From: Candidatus Multivoradales bacterium
GTDB taxonomy: Bacteria; Acidobacteriota; Thermoanaerobaculia; Multivoradales; JAHEKO01
Direction of reading: 5' to 3'
DNA length: 64,000 nucleotides
NCBI GenBank assembly: GCA_965248055.1
Contig: CBDFIJ010000004.1
Coordinates: 2,464,001 to 2,528,000, forward strand
The position numbers were made by a program, and so were the translations under genes. Positions 30,061 through 39,231 of this stretch are shown here, in pieces. The notes under the pieces were generated by a model. That model saw nothing but the letters and a program-made list of their open reading frames with translations, made no database searches and was not told where the DNA came from. Position 1 is the first letter of the stretch; each line of letters opens with the position of its first letter.

Positions 30061-33000
30061 ATGAATTTCGACCCCCACAACCCTTTCATCGACGCTGCGA
30101 GCCGTCTGCATTCCTCGCTGTCTTTTGTAGCCTTGGCGGCATCTGACGAAGCCCATCCCCAGCAAGTCACTAGGCTTACGCCCGCGGCGTGTGGCTGGGT
30201 GATCGCGCAACTTGCTGCGATGCGGGAACGGCCGATGATGCTGGTGATGCCCCATGAATCGGAGGCCCTCGTGGCAATCGAAGGAGCTCGGCTGGGCATC
30301 CAAGTGGGAACGATTGCAGAGACGCACCCGGAGCTGATCCATTTCGCTGCCCCGGCACTCACTCCCTATCAAGAGACCGATCCGGCGCTGAGAGTCCTGG
30401 CCGGCCATGCCAGAGCGCTGGCTGCGATTGCCGATCAACGGTCCGCTTTGATTGTCGTCGACTCGCCGGCACTGCTGCGTCCGCTTTCGACCCCGGAACA
30501 CTGGCGATCGCGGTGCCAGGAAATATGTCCCGGGAGCGAAATTGAGCGCGGGCAACTCTTGGACCTGTTGATGGGTGGTGGTTACGAACGAATCGAGTCA
30601 GTGGCACAGGTCGGTGAGTTTTCGGTTCGAGGTGCACTGGTGGACATCTATTCGCCAGCTGCCGCATTGCCGGTACGGGTCGAGTTCTGGGGTGACGAAG
30701 TGGTGGGACTGCGAGAGTTTGATCCTCGCGACCAGCGGACGCGGTCAACGGTTTCCAAGTTGGTGGTTCTGCCGATGTTGCCATTCGCCGCTGGCAAAGA
30801 GGCGATGCGCCAACTGACCCAATTGCTGAGTCAGCGCAAGTCACCGCTGGGCGAAGAAGAAGCCGACCGCCGGCTGAGAACTCTGGCTGGAGGCGGACTA
30901 CCCTCGGGATGGACGGAGTGGTTGGCGATGGCGAGTGGCCATCGATCGACGCTGCTGGAATGGATTGACCCCCAGGACACGATCCTGTGGGATCCGAGCA
31001 CCATCGAGCAGGTACTGGCCAGTGAATGGCAGGCGATAGAAACCGACGCTTCCACTAGGAATCACAAGATCGGATTCAACCTTCCTGCGCACGAAGTCGC
31101 CGTGGACCCCGACCACTTGGGACCTAATCTGGCACGGGCCGCGGTGAAGATTTCGGTTTGGCTAGAAGACGAGATCGCCAGCGGCAAGATCGACTTTGGT
31201 GCGATTGAAACAGAATTATTGCAACACACACCGGATCGTCTGTCGAGCGTTCTCGATCAAGCGGAGCGCAACCACCTGTCGGTCTACCTACTCCACGCGG
31301 ATGAGGGCAAGACCGCGCGGCGATTTTTGGACGAACGGGGATTCTCTAATCGGGTGGTCCCTGTTCGCAGCCAATTGGAGAATGGCTTTGTTTTGCCGGA
31401 CGCCGGGATCGTCGCGTTCGCCGAGCGTCAGCTCTATCCACCGGTTCGAGCTGGATCCGGTCGATCCGGCGCCAGTCAGACGCGTTCGCTACGCAGCCAA
31501 CGAGCCACTTTTCTCGGAGGTTTGAAGGATCTCAAGGTGGGAGATTTTGTTGTTCACGATGAGCACGGAATCGGACGCTACGCGGGTCTGCGCGATCTAA
31601 GTGGTGAATCAGGTCAGAATCCAGGGCTTCCGGCATGGGCCAAGGAGGCCAGCGACGCCGGCAGGGCGGAGTCGATGGAGGTTTTGGAAATCTCCTACCG
31701 CGACGGCCGTACGCTGCTGCTGCCGTTGGATCGAGCCGGTTCTCTAACCCGGTTTACTGGCGTTGAGGGCATGGAACCTCGCCTCGACAAACTCGGTGGC
31801 AGCTCGTGGCAACTGCGGCGTGATCGGGTTCGATCCGGGGTCAAGAAGCTGGCGATTGACCTCCTCGATCTGTACGCTCAGCGTAGCGCCGCCCAGGCGA
31901 CCGCGATGCCCGGGGATGGCCCGCTTCTTAGACAGTTCGAGGAGTCTTTTCCCTACGATGAAACGCCCGATCAGTTGCGCGCGATCAACGAAATTCGAGC
32001 CGACTTGGAACGCAACGTACCGATGGATCGGCTTCTGTGCGGCGACGTCGGTTTCGGCAAAACCGAAGTGGCGATGCGCGCAGCCGCTCAGGCAGTCGAG
32101 GCAGGGAGGCAGGTCGCCATTCTGGCGCCGACCACGATCCTGGCGGACCAGCACCTCACCAGCTTTCGGCGCAGATTTCGTGGTCTGCCGGTCCGAATCG
32201 AGATGGTGTCCAGATTTCGCAGTCCAGCGGAGATTAAGCAGCTGTTTCAATCTCTCTCGGCGGGAGAAATCGATATTTTGGTTGGTACCCATCGAGTGCT
32301 TGGAAAAACCCCGTTTCGCAATCTCGGCCTCTTGGTGGTGGATGAAGAGCAACGTTTTGGGGTTGGTCACAAAGAGCAGTTGGTGGAGAGCCGAAAAAAC
32401 CTGCACGTTCTGTCGATGTCGGCAACGCCGGTGCCCAGAACCTTGCAGCTGGCACTTGGTGGCGTGCGCGATCTGTCTCTGATCGAGACTCCACCGCGCG
32501 ACCGGATGGCGGTAGAAACCGCCGTGGTGCCGTTTTCCAAGCAGTTGATTCGTGAGGCCGCGGAGCACGAAAGGGGCCGGGGTGGTCAGGTTTATTATCT
32601 CTATAACCGGGTGCGCGACATAGAAGACATTGCCGCCCGGCTCAAGAGCTGGTTACCCGACTTTCGTATTGCTGTGGGGCATGGCCAGCTGCCCGAAGAT
32701 GAACTGGCGAAACGTATGCACGCGTTTCAGGACGGCGAGTACGACTTGTTGATCGCCACGACGATTATTGCCAATGGCATCGATATCCCCAACGTCAACA
32801 CCATGCTGGTGCACAACGCCCAGATGTTCGGTTTGGGAGAGTTGTATCAATTGCGCGGACGCGTCGGGCGCAGCGCTCGATTGGGGTATTGCTATTTGAT
32901 GGTTCCTGGGGATCGTGTGGTGACCGAAACGGCGCGTAGGCGGCTGACCGCGATTCGAGAATTCACCGAACTCGGTGCCGGTTTTCGGGTCGCGGCGCGG

Positions 33001-33564
33001 GATCTGGAGATTCGTGGCGCGGGAGATGTCCTGGGGGCGGAACAAAGCGGCCATATTGCCTCTGTGGGTGTGGAGACCTACCTCAAGCTCTTGGATGAAG
33101 CCGTTCGGGTGCTCAAAGGGGAGGATGTCGAAGAGCCGGTTTCCTGCGCCATTGAGTTGCCGGGCGAGGCCGGGATTCCGAACACCTACGTTGCCGAGCC
33201 AGGGTTGCGGCTCGACCTCTACCAACGATTGGGCGAGATCGAAACTAACCTCGACCAACTGCTTGAAGAGATGGTCGATCGGTTTGGTCCGGTGCCGCCG
33301 GAAGTCGAGGCGCTGTTTGTCGTCACCGCGCTACGCCGCCGAGCGGAACTTATGCGAGTTCAGTCTTTGACTTACAAACATGGCTCTCTCTACCTGCGGT
33401 TGCGTACCGACGCGAAAGTCGATGTTGAAAAACTGATTCAGTGGATGGAAGAAGAACCCAGCGTCACCTTCTCTCCCACCGGGGTACTGACGGTCGATGA
33501 TGTCGATCCGGCGCAGGCGATCGCGGCGAGCGAAGAACTGGTGGAACAATTATGGCAAGGCTAG
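30061..33564 (+). CDS. mfd: Transcription-repair coupling factor
   Basis: GDFVVH..HGIGRY, CGDVGFGKTEVA, DEEQRFGV, SATPVPRT, QLRGRVGRS, DLEIRGAG, C-terminal TRCF domain. Confidence 0.97.
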   Translation: MNFDPHNPFIDAASRLHSSLSFVALAASDEAHPQQVTRLTPAACGWVIAQLAAMRERPMMLVMPHESEALVAIEGARLGIQVGTIAETHPELIHFAAPALTPYQETDPALRVLAGHARALAAIADQRSALIVVDSPALLRPLSTPEHWRSRCQEICPGSEIERGQLLDLLMGGGYERIESVAQVGEFSVRGALVDIYSPAAALPVRVEFWGDEVVGLREFDPRDQRTRSTVSKLVVLPMLPFAAGKEAMRQLTQLLSQRKSPLGEEEADRRLRTLAGGGLPSGWTEWLAMASGHRSTLLEWIDPQDTILWDPSTIEQVLASEWQAIETDASTRNHKIGFNLPAHEVAVDPDHLGPNLARAAVKISVWLEDEIASGKIDFGAIETELLQHTPDRLSSVLDQAERNHLSVYLLHADEGKTARRFLDERGFSNRVVPVRSQLENGFVLPDAGIVAFAERQLYPPVRAGSGRSGASQTRSLRSQRATFLGGLKDLKVGDFVVHDEHGIGRYAGLRDLSGESGQNPGLPAWAKEASDAGRAESMEVLEISYRDGRTLLLPLDRAGSLTRFTGVEGMEPRLDKLGGSSWQLRRDRVRSGVKKLAIDLLDLYAQRSAAQATAMPGDGPLLRQFEESFPYDETPDQLRAINEIRADLERNVPMDRLLCGDVGFGKTEVAMRAAAQAVEAGRQVAILAPTTILADQHLTSFRRRFRGLPVRIEMVSRFRSPAEIKQLFQSLSAGEIDILVGTHRVLGKTPFRNLGLLVVDEEQRFGVGHKEQLVESRKNLHVLSMSATPVPRTLQLALGGVRDLSLIETPPRDRMAVETAVVPFSKQLIREAAEHERGRGGQVYYLYNRVRDIEDIAARLKSWLPDFRIAVGHGQLPEDELAKRMHAFQDGEYDLLIATTIIANGIDIPNVNTMLVHNAQMFGLGELYQLRGRVGRSARLGYCYLMVPGDRVVTETARRRLTAIREFTELGAGFRVAARDLEIRGAGDVLGAEQSGHIASVGVETYLKLLDEAVRVLKGEDVEEPVSCAIELPGEAGIPNTYVAEPGLRLDLYQRLGEIETNLDQLLEEMVDRFGPVPPEVEALFVVTALRRRAELMRVQSLTYKHGSLYLRLRTDAKVDVEKLIQWMEEEPSVTFSPTGVLTVDDVDPAQAIAASEELVEQLWQG

Positions 33565-34415
33565 GATCTTTGACTTTCAGCCCGCGGAGTTTTTTTTGGG
33601 TGACAATCACAGTGGGTGTAGCGGTCCTCGCAGCTTGTGCTCGTCCGGCTGAGCCGGATGTCGTTGCTTTCGTGGAAGGGGAGTCGGTTCGCTATCAAGC
33701 ATTTTCGGAATACGTGGAGGCAAACGTTGGTAGGCGAGCGGAAGCGCTCAATTCCGACGTCTTGGAAGTACTTTTTGATGAATTCCTGGACGAGATTATC
33801 GCCCGTCGTATTGCCGCGCGAGAAGTTCCCGCTGGGACGCCCCGGGAGCGCAACTTCGAGGTTTGGGTCGACGGTCTAACGGTCGAGCCGCCGAGTACAG
33901 ATGAGCTCTTTCGTCGATTTCGATCCGATGCTCAAGACCTGTCCCGTCCACCTCGGGTGGTTCTTCGCCAGATCGTGACAGAGACCTTTGAACAAGCTCA
34001 CGGAGCTCGCCAGGAAATCCTCGATGGGGCTGAGTTTGGCGAAGTCGCTGATCGTTTTTCGCAGCACGAGTTCGCTCCGGCGGGAGGATTGCAAGGGGTT
34101 TTCTCGGAGGATGACCTGCCGCAAAATATTGCGGAGCAGGTGTTCGCCCTACCGGAACACACGGTTAGTTTGATCGTTGAAATGGATTTCGGGTTCGCCT
34201 TGTACCAGGTCGATGAAATTTTGTCGGCGGAAGAGGTGGAATTTAACGGTGTACGCGAAACCTTGGAGCAGCAGATTTTGAGTGAACGAAGACAGCAGCA
34301 ACTGGTTCAACGGGTCGAATCGCATCGAACGCGGGACAATGTGACAATCTACCCACGCAATTTGCCCTTTGACTACCGTGGGGCATACAAGGACTTGGTA
34401 AATGAGATCAACTAG
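33552..34415 (+). CDS. Parvulin-type peptidyl-prolyl isomerase lipoprotein
   Basis: Lipobox LAAC; LRQIV..F.EVA.RFS..GG.QG. Confidence 0.85.
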   Translation: MARLGSLTFSPRSFFWVTITVGVAVLAACARPAEPDVVAFVEGESVRYQAFSEYVEANVGRRAEALNSDVLEVLFDEFLDEIIARRIAAREVPAGTPRERNFEVWVDGLTVEPPSTDELFRRFRSDAQDLSRPPRVVLRQIVTETFEQAHGARQEILDGAEFGEVADRFSQHEFAPAGGLQGVFSEDDLPQNIAEQVFALPEHTVSLIVEMDFGFALYQVDEILSAEEVEFNGVRETLEQQILSERRQQQLVQRVESHRTRDNVTIYPRNLPFDYRGAYKDLVNEIN

Positions 34416-35529
34416 AAAAACATTCTTGACCCTCGCCGTTATGGCTGTGGCCATGGTGGCGGGGCTCTCGGTTCTGGTGGCGGAGACGGTGGATAACCAC
34501 ATCGTTGTTCGGGTCAACAATCGAATCGCGACCTTGGTCGACTATCAACTACAAAGAGATGATCGGCTACGGGCGATGGCGGCAGCGGACATTCCCCCCG
34601 ACCAACGGGATCAAATCCTAGATACGTTGGGTGAGAGCGTGATGGCTGACCTGGTCGAGGAACTGCTAATGCTGTCGCGCGCCGACCAGTTGGGAATTTC
34701 CGCCCCACGGGCCGCGGTCGACCAAGAAATGGCGGCTGCGCGGGGGCGAGCCGGCGCGAGCACCGACGATGAGTTTCAGGTCGCGCTAGCTCGTGCCGGG
34801 ATGAACGAAGAAGATCTGCGCAGTCAAATTGAAAATAACCTGATCGTGCGGCAGGTGATTAGTCGTGAAGTGGTGGGCCAGATTGAAATTACCGAAGAAG
34901 ACCTCCGACGGTATTATTTTGAGAACGCCGACGAATTTACCGTGGCAGAACGCCGCAAAGTGCGCGAATTTGTGCTCTCTGACACCGCAGGAACCGCGGA
35001 AGAACGGAGTCAAGCAGCAACTCGCATTCAGGAAGCGATTGCCGGGGGCGCGGATCCGGTTACTACGGTCGCTGAAGAGCCTCTGGCCGGCGCATGGTTT
35101 GAATTGGGCTGGGTTGAAAGAAGCGATCTTGAAGTCATCCTTGCCGACGCCGCTTGGGGCTTGACCGAAGGTCAAATTAGTCACCCGGTTGAGGGTCGTG
35201 GTGGGCTGCATGTGCTGCAAGTGCTTGAAGTGACAGCTCCCGAACTGATTGATTTCCAGGATGTTCGTGAACAGATCGGGGCTCGAGAGCAGCAGCGTAT
35301 TTTTGCCGAAAATTACGACGGATATGTCGACGATCTAAGGCGCGACAGCTATGTGCAGATCAACGAAATGCCGGACGACGCTAAGGATTTCGATATTGAG
35401 GCCTCCGCTCAGAGAGTGACCTTGAACGACCTTGAAGTGGCCGATGACTTGGCAGGCGAGGCCTCCTCTGAAGAGGCGGAGGTCGCCCCCGAAGAAACCG
35501 CAGTGAGTACGACTCCGGCGGAGGGATAG
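34402..35529 (+). CDS. SurA-like chaperone/PPIase
   Basis: Signal peptide, IVVRVNNRI SurA N-domain, parvulin domain ELGWV..GQISHPV. Confidence 0.85.
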   Translation: MRSTRKTFLTLAVMAVAMVAGLSVLVAETVDNHIVVRVNNRIATLVDYQLQRDDRLRAMAAADIPPDQRDQILDTLGESVMADLVEELLMLSRADQLGISAPRAAVDQEMAAARGRAGASTDDEFQVALARAGMNEEDLRSQIENNLIVRQVISREVVGQIEITEEDLRRYYFENADEFTVAERRKVREFVLSDTAGTAEERSQAATRIQEAIAGGADPVTTVAEEPLAGAWFELGWVERSDLEVILADAAWGLTEGQISHPVEGRGGLHVLQVLEVTAPELIDFQDVREQIGAREQQRIFAENYDGYVDDLRRDSYVQINEMPDDAKDFDIEASAQRVTLNDLEVADDLAGEASSEEAEVAPEETAVSTTPAEG

Positions 35530-35616
35530 CCAAGCGGCTGGAAACCGGCCGAAATCACCTGAAACGAGCAGTTGGAAAAGCCCTAAATTGGCTCAACTAC
35601 TTAGTTTAGATACTTG

Positions 35617-35666
35617 GTGGCCAATAGTGGCCTAATGTGGACAATAGTGGCCCTCATTGCTACACT
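35617..35666 (+). promoter_or_regulatory. dcw promoter with four MraZ-binding GTGG boxes at 10-bp period
   Basis: GTGG at 35617, 35627, 35637 and 35647; -35 TGGACA 35638-43, 17-bp spacer, TGn-TACACT 35661-66. Confidence 0.85.
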
Positions 35667-35701
35667 GGCGCGACTCTTTCCCAAGGAAGGGGACTTAAGC
35701 T

Positions 35702-36142
35702 GTGCTGCGTGGAAGTGCCACTACAAAAATCGACACCAAGGGTCGACTCAAGATTCCGACGGAATTACGTCGTCGATTGGTTGAAGAGCACGGCCGCGAT
35801 GTCTTTATCACCTCAGTCTTAGGTGATTCCGCACTGATTTACCCGCTTCCTACTTGGGAAGGCATTGAACAACGGTTGCTGGCGCTACCGTCGACAGATC
35901 GCACTCGGCGCAAGTATCTGGAACGAGTTCACTATTTCGGGCAAGAAGCACAACTCGATGCGCAAGGCCGCGCGGTAATCCCACAGATTCTGCGTTCCAG
36001 TGCGCAAATCGAGGGCGAAGTTGTTGTCGGTGCGCGTCTGGACCATCTGGAGATCTGGAACAAAGACCGTTTGAGCCGTCGATTCGAGGGCGAACCGTTT
36101 ACCGAAGCGGACTTCGAGTACCTCAGCGAAAAAGGCATTTAG
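35702..36142 (+). CDS. mraZ: Division/cell wall cluster repressor MraZ
   Basis: Two DxxGR motifs (IDTKGRL, LDAQGRA), HLEIW. Confidence 0.95.
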   Translation: MLRGSATTKIDTKGRLKIPTELRRRLVEEHGRDVFITSVLGDSALIYPLPTWEGIEQRLLALPSTDRTRRKYLERVHYFGQEAQLDAQGRAVIPQILRSSAQIEGEVVVGARLDHLEIWNKDRLSRRFEGEPFTEADFEYLSEKGI

Positions 36143-36155
36143 GTGAGAGCCCAAG

Positions 36156-37124
36156 ATGCCTGCCGAGGAGTCAATCAGCAATGATCGGTGGGCTCGCAAG
36201 CATGTGCCTGTTTTGCTGGCGGAGTCGCTCTATTGGTTGGCACCCAGGCACGGAGTTTTTGTCGATTGCACTCTGGGCGCAGCCGGGCACGCGGTCCGTT
36301 TGTTGGAGGCGGACGCGGGCGTCCGTTTGGTCGGTATTGACCGCGACCCAGTGGCGCTGGGCTTGGCGACCGAGCGCCTGGAACCGTTTCAGGACCGGGT
36401 CGAGTTGGTGCAGGGGCGTTTCGATCAACTGGAGGAAATCTTGGGGCGACTCAAGATCGAAAAGGTCGACGGAATCTTTGCCGACCTCGGGGTCTCATCG
36501 ATGCAACTGGAGACCGCGGAACGAGGGTTCAGTTTTCGTTTCTCGGGACCCCTCGATATGCGAATGGGTGCTGACGCGACCACTGCTGGGGAACTGTTGA
36601 ACGGTTTGGAGGAGGCTGATTTGTATCGGATATTGCGCGAATACGGTGAGGAACGGAAAGCCAGGCGGATCGCCCGAGAAATCGTCAGGCGGCGAGAGGT
36701 GCGTCCCTTGGAGACCACCGAAGATCTTACCGAAGCGGTGAGAGCTGCGGTCGGCCCTACTCCTCGCAATAGGGCGCATCGCAACAGCAAAATTCATCCA
36801 GCTACCCGGACTTTCCAGGCGCTGCGGATTGCGGTCAACGAAGAATTGACCGGACTTCAGAGCATGTTGGATGGGGTGACGGACTTGCTCAATCCGGAGG
36901 GCAGACTGGTCTTAATTTCCTACCACAGCCTTGAGGATCGCATCGTCAAACACACACTGCGAGGAATGGCTGAAGTTGAAAAGGACCAGATCACCGGGCG
37001 TCCGCTGACCGAGCAGCGCGCGATCGAGGTCTTGACCAAGAAACCGATCCGACCCAGCGTCGAAGAGGTCAACGCCAACCCGCGATCTAGGTCGGCCAAA
37101 CTGAGGGCTGCGCGGAGAGTCTAA
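36156..37124 (+). CDS. rsmH: 16S rRNA m4C1402 methyltransferase
   Basis: HVPVL, DCTLGAAGH, DLGVSSMQ, PLDMRM, FQALRIAVN, NPRSRSAKLR. Confidence 0.97.
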   Translation: MPAEESISNDRWARKHVPVLLAESLYWLAPRHGVFVDCTLGAAGHAVRLLEADAGVRLVGIDRDPVALGLATERLEPFQDRVELVQGRFDQLEEILGRLKIEKVDGIFADLGVSSMQLETAERGFSFRFSGPLDMRMGADATTAGELLNGLEEADLYRILREYGEERKARRIAREIVRRREVRPLETTEDLTEAVRAAVGPTPRNRAHRNSKIHPATRTFQALRIAVNEELTGLQSMLDGVTDLLNPEGRLVLISYHSLEDRIVKHTLRGMAEVEKDQITGRPLTEQRAIEVLTKKPIRPSVEEVNANPRSRSAKLRAARRV

Positions 37125-37466
37125 GTGCGAGGTGCTTACGTTGCCACCCGACCGGTTACCAATTCCTACTTGGTGCGCGAACGCGACCGCCGGAAGATCC
37201 GTGAATTGATGCTGGTGGTCGCACTTACCCTTCCGCCGGTCCTTGGTGCTTTGGGGAATATCTGGCTTCGAGGTCAGGTGGTTCGCACCGGATACGAGAT
37301 CAACCAGAAAGAGCGAGCACTGGTCGAACTCGAGCGCCGTCAACGGCAGCTGGAGTTGCAGTGGACGGCCCGTTCGAGTCCGGCAAACGTCGAAGCGAGA
37401 GCAACAGCTATTGGTTTGATCGAACCAGGTCTCGAGCAAGTGATCCGCTTGGGGGAATGGCAGTGA
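37125..37466 (+). CDS. ftsL: Cell division protein FtsL
   Basis: One TM helix plus coiled coil; sits between rsmH and ftsI. Confidence 0.8.
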   Translation: MRGAYVATRPVTNSYLVRERDRRKIRELMLVVALTLPPVLGALGNIWLRGQVVRTGYEINQKERALVELERRQRQLELQWTARSSPANVEARATAIGLIEPGLEQVIRLGEWQ

Positions 37467-37479
37467 GGGTGGTAGCACG

Positions 37480-39231
37480 GTGAAATGGCTGAGACCCACC
37501 TTAGTCTTGCTTGCCCTGGTTGGCTGGATGGGCGGAATCGTCTACCGGCTGGCGGATTTGCAGATCGTCCGTAGCGACGTTTATCGCGAAAAAGCGGAGC
37601 AGCAGCAACAGCGGGTGGTTGAATTGGAGCCACCCAGAGGGACTATTTACGATCGACAGGGGCGGCCGATGGCTGTGTCGATGACGGTTGAGTCGGCATT
37701 CGCCGTGCCATCCCGAGTCGACGATCCAGCACTCACTGCCAAGGCGTTGGCGCCGATCATCGGGGTCAAATGGAGTGAGCTGGTCCCCAAATTGACCGCG
37801 GAAAGGAGCTTTTCGTGGGTCGCTCGCAAACTTGACTTTGATCAGTCTGAGGCGATTCGCGCGCTCGATCTGGACGGCATCGATTTCGTTCGCGAGTCAC
37901 GTCGCTACTATCCGAACGGCACTCTGGCGGCGAATTTATTGGGCTTCGTCGGCACCGACCACAAGGGATTGGGCGGTCTTGAAGCGGGATACAACCAGGC
38001 GGTGATGGGTGATGCGGTTCAAAGACAGGTTGTGCGCGATGCCCGTGGAGCTTGGGTGACCGCGGAAGAGCGATCCTTCTCCGACCCGGAGCCCGGTGCC
38101 GATCTCCATTTGAGCGTCGACGCGGTGGTCCAGCACATTGTCGAAACCGAGTTGGCGGACTCGGTCAAGAGGTCCAAGTCGTTGGGTGGAACTGCGGTGT
38201 TGATGGATCCACGAAACGGCGAGATTTTGGCGATGGCGTCAGTGCCGACGTTTGACCCCAACAACTACCAAAAATTCGACGCCCACGCGCGCCGACTACG
38301 ACCGGTTAGCGACGTTTTCGAGCCCGGGTCCACGTTCAAGATCATCACTTTGGCCGCGGCGATGTCCGATCATTTGGTGACCGCCGCTGACGAATTCCAT
38401 TGTGGCAATGGGTTCGTGGTTCTGGGTAACGGAAAAAGAGTCCGCGACCATCACCCTTACGATCAGCTTTCGGTGGCCGACATCATCGCCAAGTCAAGCA
38501 ATGTAGGAGCCATCCGGATCGGCGAAGTGGCTGGTCGCGAGCGCTTTTACTCGACCATTGCGGATTTTGGATTTGGACAACGCACTGGAATCGACGTTCC
38601 GGGTGAGAGCGGAGGAATGCTCCGCGACTTGGAGGATTGGGACAAGTACGCCCATTCCTATGCGGCGTTTGGCCACGGGATCGCGGTCACCACGATTCAA
38701 ATGGTCAATTCCTTCGCCGCGATCGCCAATGGAGGCACCTTGTGGAAGCCACGGGTGGTGCTGCGAGTTAGCGACCAAGAGATACCTGCCGAAGTCTTGG
38801 GTCAGCCACTGACGCGGGCAACCGCGTTGGATTTGGAGCGCATTCTGGAGCACGTGGTGGAGAAAGGAACCGCCAAGGGTGCACGGGTTCTTGGTTATCG
38901 AGTTGCCGGCAAGACCGGAACTCCACAAAAAGTAACTCGCGATCGGCGAGGCTACTCGCACCAGCTCTACATGCCGAGTTTTGTCGGGTTTGCGCCGTCC
39001 CGCGAACCGCGTTTGGTTGGGTTTGTCCTGATTGACGAGCCGGCTGGTGCAGAGGAGGGTGGGGTAGTTGCCGCACCGACCTTTCAGCGCATCGTTGAAC
39101 GAGTGTTTCGCTATTGGCGGCTACCTCCTGACGACAGTTGGCCACCTGAGCCGGAGCTCAATCCGGTCTTGGTTGTTGATCACGCTGAGGGAAGAGTTGC
39201 GGATGGCGTGTCTTCAGGAGTCGAGGGGTGA
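37480..39231 (+). CDS. ftsI: Class B penicillin-binding protein FtsI
   Basis: RGTIYDR, RYYP, EPGSTFK (SxxK), SSN, KTG. Confidence 0.95.
   Translation: MKWLRPTLVLLALVGWMGGIVYRLADLQIVRSDVYREKAEQQQQRVVELEPPRGTIYDRQGRPMAVSMTVESAFAVPSRVDDPALTAKALAPIIGVKWSELVPKLTAERSFSWVARKLDFDQSEAIRALDLDGIDFVRESRRYYPNGTLAANLLGFVGTDHKGLGGLEAGYNQAVMGDAVQRQVVRDARGAWVTAEERSFSDPEPGADLHLSVDAVVQHIVETELADSVKRSKSLGGTAVLMDPRNGEILAMASVPTFDPNNYQKFDAHARRLRPVSDVFEPGSTFKIITLAAAMSDHLVTAADEFHCGNGFVVLGNGKRVRDHHPYDQLSVADIIAKSSNVGAIRIGEVAGRERFYSTIADFGFGQRTGIDVPGESGGMLRDLEDWDKYAHSYAAFGHGIAVTTIQMVNSFAAIANGGTLWKPRVVLRVSDQEIPAEVLGQPLTRATALDLERILEHVVEKGTAKGARVLGYRVAGKTGTPQKVTRDRRGYSHQLYMPSFVGFAPSREPRLVGFVLIDEPAGAEEGGVVAAPTFQRIVERVFRYWRLPPDDSWPPEPELNPVLVVDHAEGRVADGVSSGVEG

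Noticed and set aside
29992-30555. 188-aa N-terminal extension of the antiporter ORF
   Set aside because: Overlaps the mfd start on the opposite strand; the antiporter-like sequence begins at 29991.
31744-33258. 274-aa and 201-aa minus-strand ORFs
   Set aside because: Antisense shadows of the mfd helicase region.
35617-35650. Short periodic repeats as a CRISPR or iteron array
   Set aside because: 4-bp units at 10-bp period directly upstream of mraZ fit MraZ boxes.
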